From: Diplonema japonicum
Lineage: Eukaryota; Protista; Euglenozoa: Diplonemea
Reading direction: 5' to 3'
Assembly (NCBI GenBank): GCA_964019335.1
Contig: OZ025688.1
Span: 1-64,000, forward strand
Length of the DNA: 64,000 nt
The translations under genes and the position numbers were made by a program. Each line of letters opens with the position of its first letter. Position 1 is the stretch's first letter. Of this stretch, positions 21,724 to 34,050 are shown piece after piece. The notes beneath the pieces were generated by a model. The model was not told the DNA's origin, made no database searches, and was given only the letters and a program-made list of their open reading frames with translations.

Positions 21724-22928
21724 ATGCATGGCGCACCCATGCAAAAGGATGCCAACGAGCAGTGGGATGGCACCAGCACGACGGATATGGAGCGTGAGAA
21801 GGAGGTCACACGCGCGATGACGCCGCCACTGCAGGCGAACAAACACAATTATGAAAAGATAGAGTGCATGGGATGGGTCAGTCTGGCGTGTTTGGTGATT
21901 CAAAACACCGCCCTCACCTTAACTATGCGTGCGAGCAGATTGGCGACACACAAACAAGCACAGGAAGATTATCTGGCAACCAGTGCTGTGGTATGCTGCG
22001 AGGTTATCAAATTTGTAATGAGCTTTTTGTGTTTGATACACGAGAAAGGTGGTTGGCAACAAGCGAAAAAAGCTATCCAAAAAGATATATTGGACAACCT
22101 GTCTGGAAACCTGGTCATGATTGTGCCCTCGGCTCTCTACACTTTGCAGAACAACCTGCAATATTATGCGGCCTCCCATCTTGACCCTGCGACCTTTCAG
22201 GTGTTGTACCAGATGAAACTAGTGACGACGGCCTTATTATCTGTAATTATGTTGAATAGGAGCCTTTCTGTTACTCAATGGAGCAGTGTGTTCATTCTGA
22301 CTGCAGGCATTGCTTTGGTACAGACCGCAGACTCGCCTACAACAAGCTCCGTGCGGACATCACAGCTGCTGGGCTTCGTGGCTGTCCTAGTTGCGTGCTG
22401 CACGTCTGCCCTTGCAGGGGTGTACATCGAAAAGTTGGTGAAACAAACCAGACCCTCGGTGTGGATTAGGAACCTGCAGCTAGCGTGGTTTGGGTTGGTA
22501 GTTGGCTTGATAGGCTCGTATGCCAAGGACAAGGATGAGGTGTTAGAAAAAGGCTTTTTTGTAGGGTTCGAGGCTATTGTGTGGGTTGTGGTGTTGCTGC
22601 AATCGTTTGGCGGCCTCCTGATCGCAGTGGTGCTGAAGTACGCAGACAATATTGTCAAAGGTTTTGCCACAGGCCTCTCCATCATCGGCTCTGCCCTGGC
22701 ATCTGTCTACTTGTTCAACTTCGTCCTTACAACGCAGTACGTGACAGGCGCGTCCATAGTTATAGTATGTTCACAACTACTCGACACGTCTCACAGGTCT
22801 CCGTCTACTTGTACACGACCAACAACGTGGGCCCCTGCGTGGCGTGCATCCCTTGCATGTCTAGTATCTCCAAGTCCAGTGATATCCCGAGCCCTTTACA
22901 CAAGGTGGAGATGAAATCTCAAGTCTAA
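21724..22928 (+). CDS. Nucleotide-sugar transporter (SLC35A, UDP-galactose/CMP-sialic acid type)
   Basis: VPSALYTLQNNLQY, FQVLYQMKLVTTA, GGLLIAVVLKYADNIVKGFA; intron 22765-22796. Confidence 0.92.
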
Positions 22929-23215
22929 AGGTGCTTACTTCGAGTAAAGCAAACAGTGTAATACCGGTGGGTCAGTGTTCTGGCCTGCGACACGATGGCG
23001 CTGCCGTATGAAGGTCCGAAGGTAAAGTGCTTTAACAATGTGATATGCGACACAACACAGCTGGCGACTGGGACTACCGTGATCCCTATCAGGGTCCAGG
23101 GCCCAGGGTGCCCTGTACGATGCTCTATTCGATTAACTAGTTATTCATGTTTGCATTGACACGGTGTTGCACTCAACGCAGACTTGTGCGACAAAAAAAA
23201 AAGAAAAAAAAAAAA

Positions 23216-23928
23216 ATGCTCCCTGAAACTATGTCGTTCGAGGACCTGACCCACTGGAGGAACCCTAAGGCCAGTGGCATCGTGTTCGGCGGTGGTGTGC
23301 TTGCCTACATCCTGGTATGTAAGAGACAGGCATTATTGATAATATACCACAGCTTGTCTGGGTGGATTTCTGCTTCATCAAGCTGTCAATTTTTGCCTTC
23401 CAGTGCGCGGTGGCCATCGCCTTGGGGCTTAGGTATGCGGCTTGAAACGCAATAATGATGACAGCTTCACCGCGCACAAGATCAAGCGCAAGGAGCCTGA
23501 AGACCTGCAGAACCTTATCGGTGGGTACATCTCTGGCATCACCAAGGTTGTTGAACCCCTTGCGGTGAAGGTGGCAGTGGAGTTCAACAAGATTGCCACG
23601 ATGGACGACAAGGTGCACAGCATGAAGTTCCTTGTTCTGTCCTACGTTGTCAGCACTGTATGTTTACTAACTAAAGAGTTGCACTGTCTACACAGATTTT
23701 CAGCATCATCAGCTTCACTACTATTATCCTTCTCGCCTGGATCGGTGCCTTCGCCTGGCCCAAGATCTACGAGACCAACCAAGGCCCCATCGATGACAAC
23801 TTTGCCAAGGCCAACGCTGCCTTCGCTGAACAAATCAAGAAGGTATCCAAATCTAGATGCGCCAACTCACAACTCAGGTCCCTAAGCTGGCCGAAGCCCT
23901 CGGCTACAACACCAAGAAGTCTGAGTAG
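23216..23928 (+). CDS. Reticulon-domain ER-shaping protein (5 exons)
   Basis: DLTHWRNPKASGIVFG start, two long hydrophobic hairpins, FAWPKIYE..ID, C-terminal KKSE ER signal; introns 23315-23352, 23433-23464, 23658-23695, 23843-23877. Confidence 0.88.
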
Positions 23929-24759
23929 ACAAGACTCTTGGCTTGGGCCTTAGATTATTTGAGATGTATACTATTTGATATCTCCCTTGCTTTATTTTAT
24001 TGGGTCCCCCCCTTCCATGTCATTTATTTCTTTCAAACGGTTACTTTCCCCCCCACCCCTATAGTGTGATTGATTTGGTTGATGACCACTCTTGTTGGTA
24101 GGTAGATACCATCTGTGAGCTTCTAACCTCTGCTTTCTACATCAACACTAGCCCTAAGACGTGAGGCGCAAGGTGCCTGGTAGATAACAAGGTTTATTCA
24201 TTTTTTTGTCCCCCCCTTTCTTTCGCAAACTCCCCCTTTGTTTCTTTTGATTTTCACTCTCTCACCCCTTTTCCTTTTCGCAAGAAGCAAAGAGAGGCAA
24301 GCACCACGACGTCTGGCGTCATGGCACATGTGAGCATAGGACATCCTAGCATGGCTTCTTGTGGCAGGACGAAGGTAACAACCCCACTCTTTCGTTGCTC
24401 AGCACACATATCCATATATCCCGCTCCCAACCATAGAACGAAGCTGTAAAGATAGACTGAACCTGAGGCGGCTGCCGAGGAAAAGGAGTGCAAACTGAGA
24501 TCGTTGCACTCGAGTTAGGAGCACCAACCACATGCTACAATTACTTACCCTCTCTATTCTGACCTGGGATTAAAAAAAAGAAAAAAAAAAGAAAAAAAAG
24601 CCCACTTTACAAGAAGAAAAAAAAAAGAAAAAAGAAAAAAAAGAAAAGCCCTTTCACCTCACGTTCCTCGGTTCTCTTTGCTCCAATAATTATGGTTTCC
24701 GCTCCTGACACTTCGCTCGAATTCACCAACAGGTTAATTAGGAGGAATACATAAGCAAA

Positions 24760-25261
24760 ATGACTCTCGTTATGGGCTCTGAGGACTTCCAGCACATGTT
24801 GCGTATCCTGAACACCAACTGTGACGGTAAGAGGAAGGTCCCTTTCGCCATCCGTGGTGTGAAGGGTGTTGGTCGCAGGTTGGCCTTCGTCGCGTGCCAG
24901 AGGGCTGGTGTTGACGTGAACCGCAGGGCCGGTATGTAGAAGACACACCACCACATTACACCACCACACAGGTACCCTCTCCAACGAGGAAATCGAGCGT
25001 GTTGTGCAGGTGATCTCCAAGCCCGAGGAGTTCAAGGTGCCCAACTGGTTCCTGAACAGGAAGAAGGACCCCAAGGACGGTTCCAGCGGCCAGATGCTGT
25101 CCAACTTGGTTGACAACAAGCTCCGTGAGGACCTCGAGAGGTTGAAGAAGATGAGGAACCACAGGGGTCTCCGTCACGCCTGGGGCCTCCGTGTGCGTGG
25201 TCAGCACACAAAGACCACCGGCCGCCGTGGCCGCACCGTCGGTGTCTCCAAGAAGAAGTAA
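24760..25261 (+). CDS. RPS18: 40S ribosomal protein S18 (uS13)
   Basis: [57 protein letters not shown]; intron 24932-24971. Confidence 0.98.
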
Positions 25262-25384
25262 GCTTGCTGTCAAACAAGGGTCTTCTTTTAGGTTTACTAT
25301 TTTTATCTTTTTTTCAATCAGGCGTTTATTCCCCTTTTATTCACAATGCCACTTTCAACCAGCAACCACCACAGCCTTGCTAAT

Positions 25385-25837
25385 ATGTCGGAAGAAGCTG
25401 ACCCGCCCATCCCCACCGATGATGAGGATCCTCCCATTCCTGAGGACCCCCCTATTCCTGAGGACGAACCTGAGGTTGAAGAGCTGAGCAAGTCCAAGGG
25501 GGGTGGTGAGGTATCGCACTCCCCGTTGAAGGTGAGCGATGCCAGGAAGCGTTTCCAGCAGATCGAGAATGGTGAGGAAGAAGTGTCTTCGAAGCCTGCA
25601 GGAAAGGGCGCCCCTAAAGGCCCTGCTCTTCCTAGAGCACAAGGTGGTAAGTACAAGTACGCTGATCTGAAGATGCCCGGGTCCAAGCTGACGAAGGACC
25701 AGATAGACATCACGCAGAGGGAGGACTACCTCTCCAAGGATGAGTTCCAAACGGTACTCGAGATGTCTCCTGAGGAGTTCAACAAACTGCCGAAGTGGAA
25801 GAAGGACACCTTGAAGAAAAAGGTAGGACTTTTCTAG
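25385..25837 (+). CDS. Small villin-headpiece domain protein
   Basis: C-terminal REDYLSKDEFQTVLEMSPEEFNKLPKWKKDTLKKKVGLF; acidic DPPIP repeats at the N-terminus. Confidence 0.9.
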   Translation: MSEEADPPIPTDDEDPPIPEDPPIPEDEPEVEELSKSKGGGEVSHSPLKVSDARKRFQQIENGEEEVSSKPAGKGAPKGPALPRAQGGKYKYADLKMPGSKLTKDQIDITQREDYLSKDEFQTVLEMSPEEFNKLPKWKKDTLKKKVGLF

Positions 25838-26232
25838 CTTTCCGTCAGAATAGAATACGAACAAAGAAAGAAACAATGAATTAAACAATAAAATAGTTGC
25901 CCAAAGAACAGAGGGAAAAAAAAAAAGTGTAAAAAGAGTAAACCCGGGTTTTTGCGGGTTTGAACCCCGAGTTGTTGTTATCTGGTCTTTCCCTTTCTTC
26001 CCTTGCTTTCTCAACTGTGAAAAGGACTTAGTTTTGAAGTAGACTGGAGGCTCTTTTGGGTCGGCACTGTGTATTTCTTGCATTATCTGGCCCCAACTCT
26101 TTTTCGCCTTCTAGCCATGAGATAGTCGCCAAAGAAGGTTCCTCCCCCTCCCTGTCCTCCACCTGTTATTGTTTTTTTGTTGTGGTACTCTTGTGCAAAC
26201 TATCTTCCAGCTTCCACACATATACACTAAAA

Positions 26233-27630
26233 ATGTCGGCGAAGAACTTGGGCAAAGGTGCAAGGATGCTCAACATGCACGCCAAGGTGGCCAAGCCGGG
26301 CCTCGTGGTGCTGCAAGAGGCAATGCCGAAACACACGGAAACGGAGTACAAGCACGCTCCGTGCTACGGGAAGTCTAGCGACATCGTGGTGCGAGAAGGC
26401 AGTGGCTGCTGGATCACCGATGCTGAGGGAAAGAGGTACTTGGATGTCACGTCTGGTATCGCGGTGCTGAGCACTGGCCACTGCCACCCAAAGGTCGTGG
26501 AAGCAGTTCAGATGCAGAGTGCCAAACTTATGCACGGGCAGCTGAACTGCTTCCAGTCGCACACGGCGTTAGACACACTCCTTGAGAAGCTCGGGCCCGT
26601 AATGCCCGAAGGGCTCAACACCTTTGTTGTAGACACCACAGGGACGCAGGCCATCGAGGCTGCAGTGAAGCTGGCCCGTCGCTACACCAAGCGACCAAAC
26701 GTAGTCACTATGATGGGCGGCTTCCACGGCAGGTCCGCCCTGACCACTGCCATGACTTCTTCGAACACTGGCCCGAGATACCCTGTGGCAACTCCCTTGC
26801 CCTCGGGTGTGTACCACACCCAAGCCCCACTTGCCTTCAGATGGGGCGTGTCAGAGGAGGAAGCCGTGCAAAGGGCATTGACGTCGTTCAAAGACATGTT
26901 TTACTCCCAGGTGCCCATTGACACCGTTGCCGCCGTCGTTGCCGAGCCTGTAATGGGAGAGGGTGGCTTCGTGCAGCTGCCAAAGGCGTACGTCGAGGGG
27001 GTGAAGGAAATCTGTGAGAAGAACGGCATCCTTTTCATTGCCGACGAAGTGCAGTCGGGCGTCGGCAGGTCTGGTAAGATGTGGGCGTCCGAGTACACCG
27101 GCGTGGTCCCCGACATCCTTGTAAGTGCGAAGGGCATTGCGAGCGGGATGCCCATCTCGTTGGTGGTGTCAACAGAGGAGATCATGAGCAGCTACACGGC
27201 AGGGACACACGGTGGCACGTACATGGGGAACGCAGTGGCATGTGCCGCAGCGTCAGCAACGTTGGACGTGATCAAGGAGGAGGGGCTTGTTGAGAACTCG
27301 GCCGTTCAGGGCAGCATGTTGAAGAACATGCTGACTGAGCTAAGGAACGAGTACTTCCCTTATGGCGATGTGCGAGGGATGGGACTTATGATCGGGCTGG
27401 AGGTCAGGGACGAGGCTGGCCCGTCGCCGGCTTTGGCACAGTTCATCCGTAAGCACTGCCTGGACAACGGCGTGCTGTTGTACGCACCCTCTGGCTGGGA
27501 GGGGTGCACCTTGCGCATCATGCCGCCTTTGATCATCCAGGAGCATGAGGCCCTCCAAATTGCCTTCTCCATCGAGTCTGCCCTCAAGGCATGGAAGGTC
27601 CTCCAGAACACGAAGGCGTCCCACGCTTGA
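26233..27630 (+). CDS. Class III PLP aminotransferase (GabT/4-aminobutyrate aminotransferase-like)
   Basis: YLDVTSGIAVLSTGHCHPKVV, GFHGRS, EPVMGEGG, FIADEVQSGVGRSG, PLP Lys in AKGIASGMP, HGGTYMGN; intronless. Confidence 0.9.
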   Translation: MSAKNLGKGARMLNMHAKVAKPGLVVLQEAMPKHTETEYKHAPCYGKSSDIVVREGSGCWITDAEGKRYLDVTSGIAVLSTGHCHPKVVEAVQMQSAKLMHGQLNCFQSHTALDTLLEKLGPVMPEGLNTFVVDTTGTQAIEAAVKLARRYTKRPNVVTMMGGFHGRSALTTAMTSSNTGPRYPVATPLPSGVYHTQAPLAFRWGVSEEEAVQRALTSFKDMFYSQVPIDTVAAVVAEPVMGEGGFVQLPKAYVEGVKEICEKNGILFIADEVQSGVGRSGKMWASEYTGVVPDILVSAKGIASGMPISLVVSTEEIMSSYTAGTHGGTYMGNAVACAAASATLDVIKEEGLVENSAVQGSMLKNMLTELRNEYFPYGDVRGMGLMIGLEVRDEAGPSPALAQFIRKHCLDNGVLLYAPSGWEGCTLRIMPPLIIQEHEALQIAFSIESALKAWKVLQNTKASHA

Positions 27631-28985
27631 TCTCTATCCTGTCGCAAGCACAGAGGCGGATAAGCCGAGTAGGCAAGTTCCAGTGCCTCCAAGAGTACCT
27701 GCTCTCTTCACGAACAAGCATCAAGCACACTTTTAAGGTGTCGAAGATGTTAAAAAAAAAGTTACTTTCAACACCCTGTTTAATATCCAACCTCCACCCC
27801 TTCCCTTTCCCTTTCCCTTTCCCTTCCCCTCTTTCCCTTCCACCCATTGTTACATAAAGAAGCTAATAAAGAAACTCTCCTCTCTACGAGAAGTAAAAAA
27901 GAAAATACAAGAAAAAAAAAGAAGGAATAGAAAAGGTCGATCTACCATACCCTACACTTTGACAAGCACACATATGTTGCTGTGTACCACTGCCAATAAC
28001 GGATTTTGTCTGGCATGTTCTATAATTACTTTTTTTGATGCTCTTCTGGGCCTTCTCGCATCTAAAATGAAGACGAAGAAGGCACAAGAGGAAGATAAGA
28101 GGAAAATAAAGAGAAGGAATAAAAAAAAAAACAACAAATGGTTATGGAACAGTTTGCGGGACACGCATTCTGCATCTTGAAAGCAAAAAGAGACCCCTCC
28201 CAGAAAAGAAGAAGATGAAATGAGAAAGAAAAGGTCCCTGCGCATCGAGGATAGAATCCCGCCTGTGTGTGTTGTTTGAAATAGTTTTCCAAATTAAACA
28301 AAACGAAATTCGTCCTGTACCAAGAACTAAGAAAAAAAAAGAATAAAAAACGTTTTAGCGCATACTTTTTCTTTTCCCCATGTCTCTTTGATGCATGCAC
28401 CTTTTGTGTTTTTTTTTTCTCTTTAGTTACTTACATTCCTCTGTTTTTATACTTATTTGTGTTAAGCATTTCTGACCTTCCCAGAAAAAAAAAAGAGGAA
28501 AAAAAAAAAAAAAAAAAAAAAAGGAAAGCATTGTATAGAACCCTGATTGTTCTCTTCCTTTTTTTTATTGAAACCCGTCCACCCCCCTTTTTTTTATATG
28601 AGAATTTCTCTTCCGTCCCAGAACTGTTTTTTAAACGGCGTGACGCAGAAAGAGAATAGAAACCGCGAATGAAAGAAAAAAGAAAAAAGATACCTGTATT
28701 AAGCCTTCCGCTCCACGAGCCAAGGCGCCTTGACCTACCCCCGGCAAAGGGGAGCTTTTTTCTTTGTGAAGAGTACCTTTTTTTTCTGGATCCAAAAATA
28801 TGCTTCCACTACTACCTCCGCAAACCTCCCTCCCTATTAACCTCCTCTCTTGTTCCCTTGTCCCTATTGTCCCTTTCCTTGACGTATTTTCAGCGCTGCC
28901 TTCCGCTTTCAGTTTCCCCCTTTCTTTTATTGTCTTGCACTGAACCTTCACTCTGTCTTGCAACACTCGCACAGGCTGGGTTGTG

Positions 28986-31900
28986 ATGAAACGTCACATT
29001 ACACAACGGAAATCACATGCACAGCAAAGAAGCAGTGTGTCCCACGCAGGTGGCAATGCTAACAGCCAACCACGGGGCAGCCTACAGAAGGGTGGCACCA
29101 GCAGCATGTCCTTCATGACTGGGCTCAGAGGCGAGAAGTACGAGGGAGAACTGAATGCAAGCGGCAAGCGAGAGGGTCAAGGGGTGCTGTCGTGGCCGAA
29201 CGGGAACATGTACTGCGGTGAATGGGAAGACGGGAAAATGAACGGCAAGGGCGTCTTTAGTTACGGTGTGGAAGGCGACCGGTACGAAGGGGAGTTCAGG
29301 GACGACAAGAAGCACGGGAAGGGGTGCTATACATTCGCAAACGGCAATAAGTATGAAGGAGACTTCAGCAACGACAAGCGGCACGGGTGCGGGAAGTACC
29401 ATTGGATATGCGGGGACATGTATGCAGGGGAATGGCGGGAAGGGCGCATGGAGGGCTGCGGGACCACAGTCTATGCCAACGGGAACAAATACGAGGGTAC
29501 CTTCAAGGAGGACAAGCGGGAGGGAAAGGGGAAGCTAACGTGCACTGATGGACTCATCTTCGATGGTGACTGGGGTGACAATATGAGACACGGATATGGG
29601 GTGCTGACCTTTCCGACCGGAGACAGGTACGAAGGAGAGTGGAAGGAAGACAAGAAGCACGGGAAAGGGAGGGACATCTTCATGAACGGGAATGTGTTCG
29701 ACGGGATGTACAAGAACAACATGAAGAACGGGCAGGGGGTGATGAAGTACGCCAATGGGGACGAGTACAATGGGGCATGGGTTGACGACAAGATGGACGG
29801 GGAGGGCGTGTACAAGTTTGGGAACGGATTTGTGTACTCGGGAAGCTGGCACTGCGACTGCAGAAACGGCTACGGGGTGTACACCTTCCCCAACCAGAAC
29901 AGATATGAAGGGCAGTGGAAGAACGACAAACGACACGGAAAAGGGACCTTCAAGGTACACAAGACATCTGAGACCTATACAGGACAGTGGGACACAGGCA
30001 GGATGGACGGCCCATTCATTGTGACGCAGGATTCTAAGCAGCGCTACAAAGGCATTTGGAAGAGCGGGGTGGTCGCAGGTAAGGGTGTCATGACCATAAA
30101 CGGATATTCTTTCACGGGGGAGTGGGACCCCGCCACACAGCCAAAGAAGACAGATGGCACCATCGAGATCCCCACCGCCACACCCACACTGCCCCTCCAC
30201 GTTGAGGACATGCTTGTGTATACAGGCCCGGAGAAGCAGGACACTTGTATTAACATGCAAGAAGTATACCTGCAAAATTCCGACCTCAAAGCTAGCAACT
30301 CAGCAGCACAAGTGGAGCTTGCCGTCTTCAACGAAACTAAAGAAGAGCTCAAAAGGTTCACGCACATCGCCGCAGATCTTAGAGAACAAGTTGCTTCGCT
30401 CAAAGAAGAGGTTGCAGCGTTGCAAGATTCCTCATCACAAGCTGACAAGTTTCAAGGTGATTTCAAGAAATCACAAGCGGAGCTGAAGAAGCATAAAGCG
30501 GCTGTCGAAAATATAAAGAAAGAGTTGCAAGAGGCAAAAACAGAAGCAGAGGCAAAGGCGCAGCAGTGCGCTCAACTCGAGAAAGAAGTATTGACGAACA
30601 AGAAAGAGGCCGCAGAATTATCAAGGCTGAAGAAAGAGGTCAAAGAAGCTGACAAAAAGCTTGAAGCCGAAAAACAAGTGACATCAAAAAAAATAGAAAC
30701 CATAAAAGAGCTCACAGCAAGAGGAGGGCAGCAAGACGCCGAAATCAGGAACCTCAAAGCTCAGCTGAAAACGCGAAAAGAGAGCATGAAGCAGGACGAC
30801 AAGAAATATGAAAAACTGGAAGACGAATCGCGCCACAGGAAGACACACATGGAGGACATGGAAAGGGAACTGCAGAAGCTCACAGCCACGACAGAGGACA
30901 GAGCAGTAGAAAATACAAAACTGGCAAAGAAGCTGGAACAGCTCTCGTCACAGAGGTTGCAATCAAGAGAAGAAGACGAGAAGCGGATCGGTCAACTGCA
31001 AGAGGAATTGGAAGATGAACGGAGAGACCACGACCTCACAAGGCAGCAATCCCTCTCGAACGAGTCTATCGCAGAGAAGCTGCGCGAGGAAGTGAAAGGG
31101 GCGCAAGGCAACACCACCACGCAGGTCCAGAAGTGGGAGGCGCGCCTGAAGGAGGTCACGGAATCCTTGAAATCGAAGGAGCGGCAGTTCTTAAAAAGTG
31201 AAGCCGTTAATAAAAACCTGCAGCTTGAGATCTCAAATGCAACGGCGCTGATAAAAGACTTCGAAGCGCTCAAAGAGCAAAAGGCAAGTAGCACCGATGA
31301 AATGAAATGTCTGCGGGATGAACTGAACAGGTATTTGCACTCAGACGTTGCCGCAACCACACAACAGGCTGAGCAAAGCTCGAAAAGAGAAAGAAGAAGA
31401 AGATGCAAACCTTCTGAAGAGTAAGACAGCTATGAATGATGAACTTCTGCAGCGTGTTCAAGAGGAAGAGGAAACCAGGGCGAAACTACAGTTACAGGTA
31501 TACAAACTCAATCTAAGTAATCACAACAGCTCGACGCACTGCACGAGAAGCACAAACAGGAGGTGAAAAGGTTACAAGAGCAAAGCACAGCTGCTTCCGA
31601 CCTGCGGGAGTTAACAGAGAAAGTTAAAGATCAACAAGCCGAGCTGAAACTGGAGAAAGAAGAAGTGAGGGGTTTACGAGAAGAGCTTACAGCAGAAAAA
31701 AAAAGAAGGAAGAGGGCAGAGCGACTTGGAGAAGGGAGCACATCGGTGGAAGCCTTACGGCACCAGTTGATACACTTACGAGCTGAGATCGAAAAAAAGG
31801 TAGGCCTAATGACCAATTACCTCATGACCACATGACCACAGGACAAGGAGAATTCCGATCTGAAACAGTCACAAAAGCAGAGCAACGAACTGCTGCGTGT

Positions 31901-32396
31901 ACACCAAGACAGACAGTTCATGAAAGAGGGTGACCTTGTGATACAAAAGGACTCCGACGTGAACTGGAAGATCAAACACCTGTCTGAACTGGTGGACGAG
32001 AAGGAGCGTGTGATCGACGGTCAAAGGCTTGAACTGTCACGGGTCAAGAGTCTTGAAGCAAAACTTCTGTCTGCGAACAACAAGATACAAGGAATGTGCC
32101 AAGCGGCGCAGATCGACAGGAACAGAGACCAATCAATATTACAACAGGAGAATGAGAAATGGCAAACGCGTGCCATGATCAACGAAGAGAGAACACGTTT
32201 AAGTGAGGCACAGCGCAACGAGGTCTCTCTCATCAACAGTAGCATCTACGATAAGCAGCGGTCTGCGTCGGTTGCCTTCAAATCTATCCTCAATATGCCA
32301 GCATCACCTCCCGCGCACCTCAGTGGCATGTCGGGAAGCTGGCGTCCCAAACCCCCCACTATGAAGCCATTGCTCCAAACAAGAAACTTAAACTAG
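28986..32396 (+). CDS. MORN-repeat plus long coiled-coil protein
   Basis: About 13-14 YEGEWxxDKKHGxG repeats followed by heptads. Introns 31331-31367, 31498-31529 and 31800-31841 join four ORF-track pieces. Start codon uncertain (28986 or 29106). Confidence 0.88.
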
Positions 32397-32529
32397 ATTT
32401 TCCCCCTCCTCTATTCACCGTCTTATACCACTGCACTATTTGTTATTTTACTCTCACCCTTAAGTACTCTTGCATAATGCAATTAGTTTTTTTCCCCCCT
32501 AATCCCACAGTCCTGCATCCCGTCACAGC

Positions 32530-34050
32530 ATGCTAATTACACGAGCGCTCGCTTCTTCAGCTGCTGTGCTCCTAGTATGCTTGATCACTTGGTATTCTGT
32601 CGATGAAGTTCAGCACGTGGAATCGACAACGCGGGAAAGACCAGTGGCGAAGCTATCCGACAGGCTCGGAGTGAAGTATGAAAAGAACGCTAAAGGTTAC
32701 TGGTTGTGGAGAGAGGATATTGTTAGGAATGACGTTTTAGTGGTGATTGGAGGTAAGAAAGAAGATGCAGGCGATAAGCTCGTGGACCTCGGATACAAGG
32801 TGTGGAGGTACAGCGGGGACTGCCTTGCGAACGCAAAACACAAGAACTGCCTCGAGAACTACGGCTATCTTCAATACTTATCAGACAGCGACAGCACGCG
32901 ACCAACGGCAGAGCACGTTGTGTTCCTGCACGGGCATATGAACACAACGTGGCACCAGAGGGAGAGCCTTGTCGATCTCATAGAGCGGGCTGTTGCATGC
33001 TGCAAAAAGTCAGGGAGGTACACCACCTTGGATACTAATGTGATGTACAACCACTGGGCCATGGAGACACCGAACGTCATTAAACTATGGAACGAAAACT
33101 TCAGGAACTACCTACCCATCAATGAGTCGATGTTGCTGTATCACTGCTGTGCTCAATTCGTGATACCCAAGTCTTTCATCACCGACCCTGTTCGGCTGCC
33201 CCTTTACAACGCCATGCACACGTTCATGATGACCGACAGCAGGAGCCGTGGCCACTTCTTCGAGTACGTCTACCACGTTATATTCGGCGAACCTCCCATC
33301 TTCCGTGTTCACGATGAGTACTGCCTCGCGGAAGGGAAATCCGCCTACTCGAAGGACATGCTGGACGCAAGTATCCCGCTGGAGCATCTGTCATCCAACA
33401 GAATGGGAGCGTGGACTGACTTGCCCGGTGCCAGGAAAGATACCATGATAGTGGTGGGCCGTACAAATGCATCGGGCGTCATTAAAGACCTGGCCGCACA
33501 TGGCTACGATGTGTGGGCACCTAAGTTCGGTCCCTGTCGGTTCAACGGTGCGGCCTGCGAGCATGAGCTACGGGGGTACCTCACGTATCTTGCTGATCTG
33601 ACGCGGCCACAGAGAGATGTTATCGTGTTCGTCAATGGGTTTGAAGGGGGCGACCAAAACATTCACAGCAGGATAGAGGCAGCCGTTGAGGAGGCTGCTG
33701 CAAACAATACTTTCGTTGCCCTGCATGGTTCAGGTGGCATTGCATACAAACGGTACACCCCATTGGCGCTGCTCGAGAAGCAGTGGATGCAGAAGTTCTC
33801 CAAAACACGGTGCAAGGCACCAACCATCATGTGGAAACGTACCAACTATGTCGACTACGCCACGCAGTTCGCAGTCCCTTACGCCTCTTTCAACACGTCT
33901 GCTCACTACATCTGTCACGTCGACGCCTGGTTCCAGAACGACGTGGCGGGCGATGTTGTCAGTTTCCGTTACTTTTGGAAGTTCCTCCTTACCCACGTCC
34001 CAGTGCAGCTGCGGGGTTTGCGCCACAACAGAAGCCCGCGAAAGCGCTAA
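32530..34050 (+). CDS. DUF3431-like type II membrane protein with a tandemly duplicated domain (putative glycosyltransferase)
   Basis: N-terminal TM helix; ENYGYLQY..VVFLHGH..WHQ..CCAQFVI..FEYVYHVIFGE, then a degenerate second copy (ELRGYLTY..IVFVNG..ATQFAVP..FRYFWKFL). Confidence 0.72.
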   Translation: MLITRALASSAAVLLVCLITWYSVDEVQHVESTTRERPVAKLSDRLGVKYEKNAKGYWLWREDIVRNDVLVVIGGKKEDAGDKLVDLGYKVWRYSGDCLANAKHKNCLENYGYLQYLSDSDSTRPTAEHVVFLHGHMNTTWHQRESLVDLIERAVACCKKSGRYTTLDTNVMYNHWAMETPNVIKLWNENFRNYLPINESMLLYHCCAQFVIPKSFITDPVRLPLYNAMHTFMMTDSRSRGHFFEYVYHVIFGEPPIFRVHDEYCLAEGKSAYSKDMLDASIPLEHLSSNRMGAWTDLPGARKDTMIVVGRTNASGVIKDLAAHGYDVWAPKFGPCRFNGAACEHELRGYLTYLADLTRPQRDVIVFVNGFEGGDQNIHSRIEAAVEEAAANNTFVALHGSGGIAYKRYTPLALLEKQWMQKFSKTRCKAPTIMWKRTNYVDYATQFAVPYASFNTSAHYICHVDAWFQNDVAGDVVSFRYFWKFLLTHVPVQLRGLRHNRSPRKR

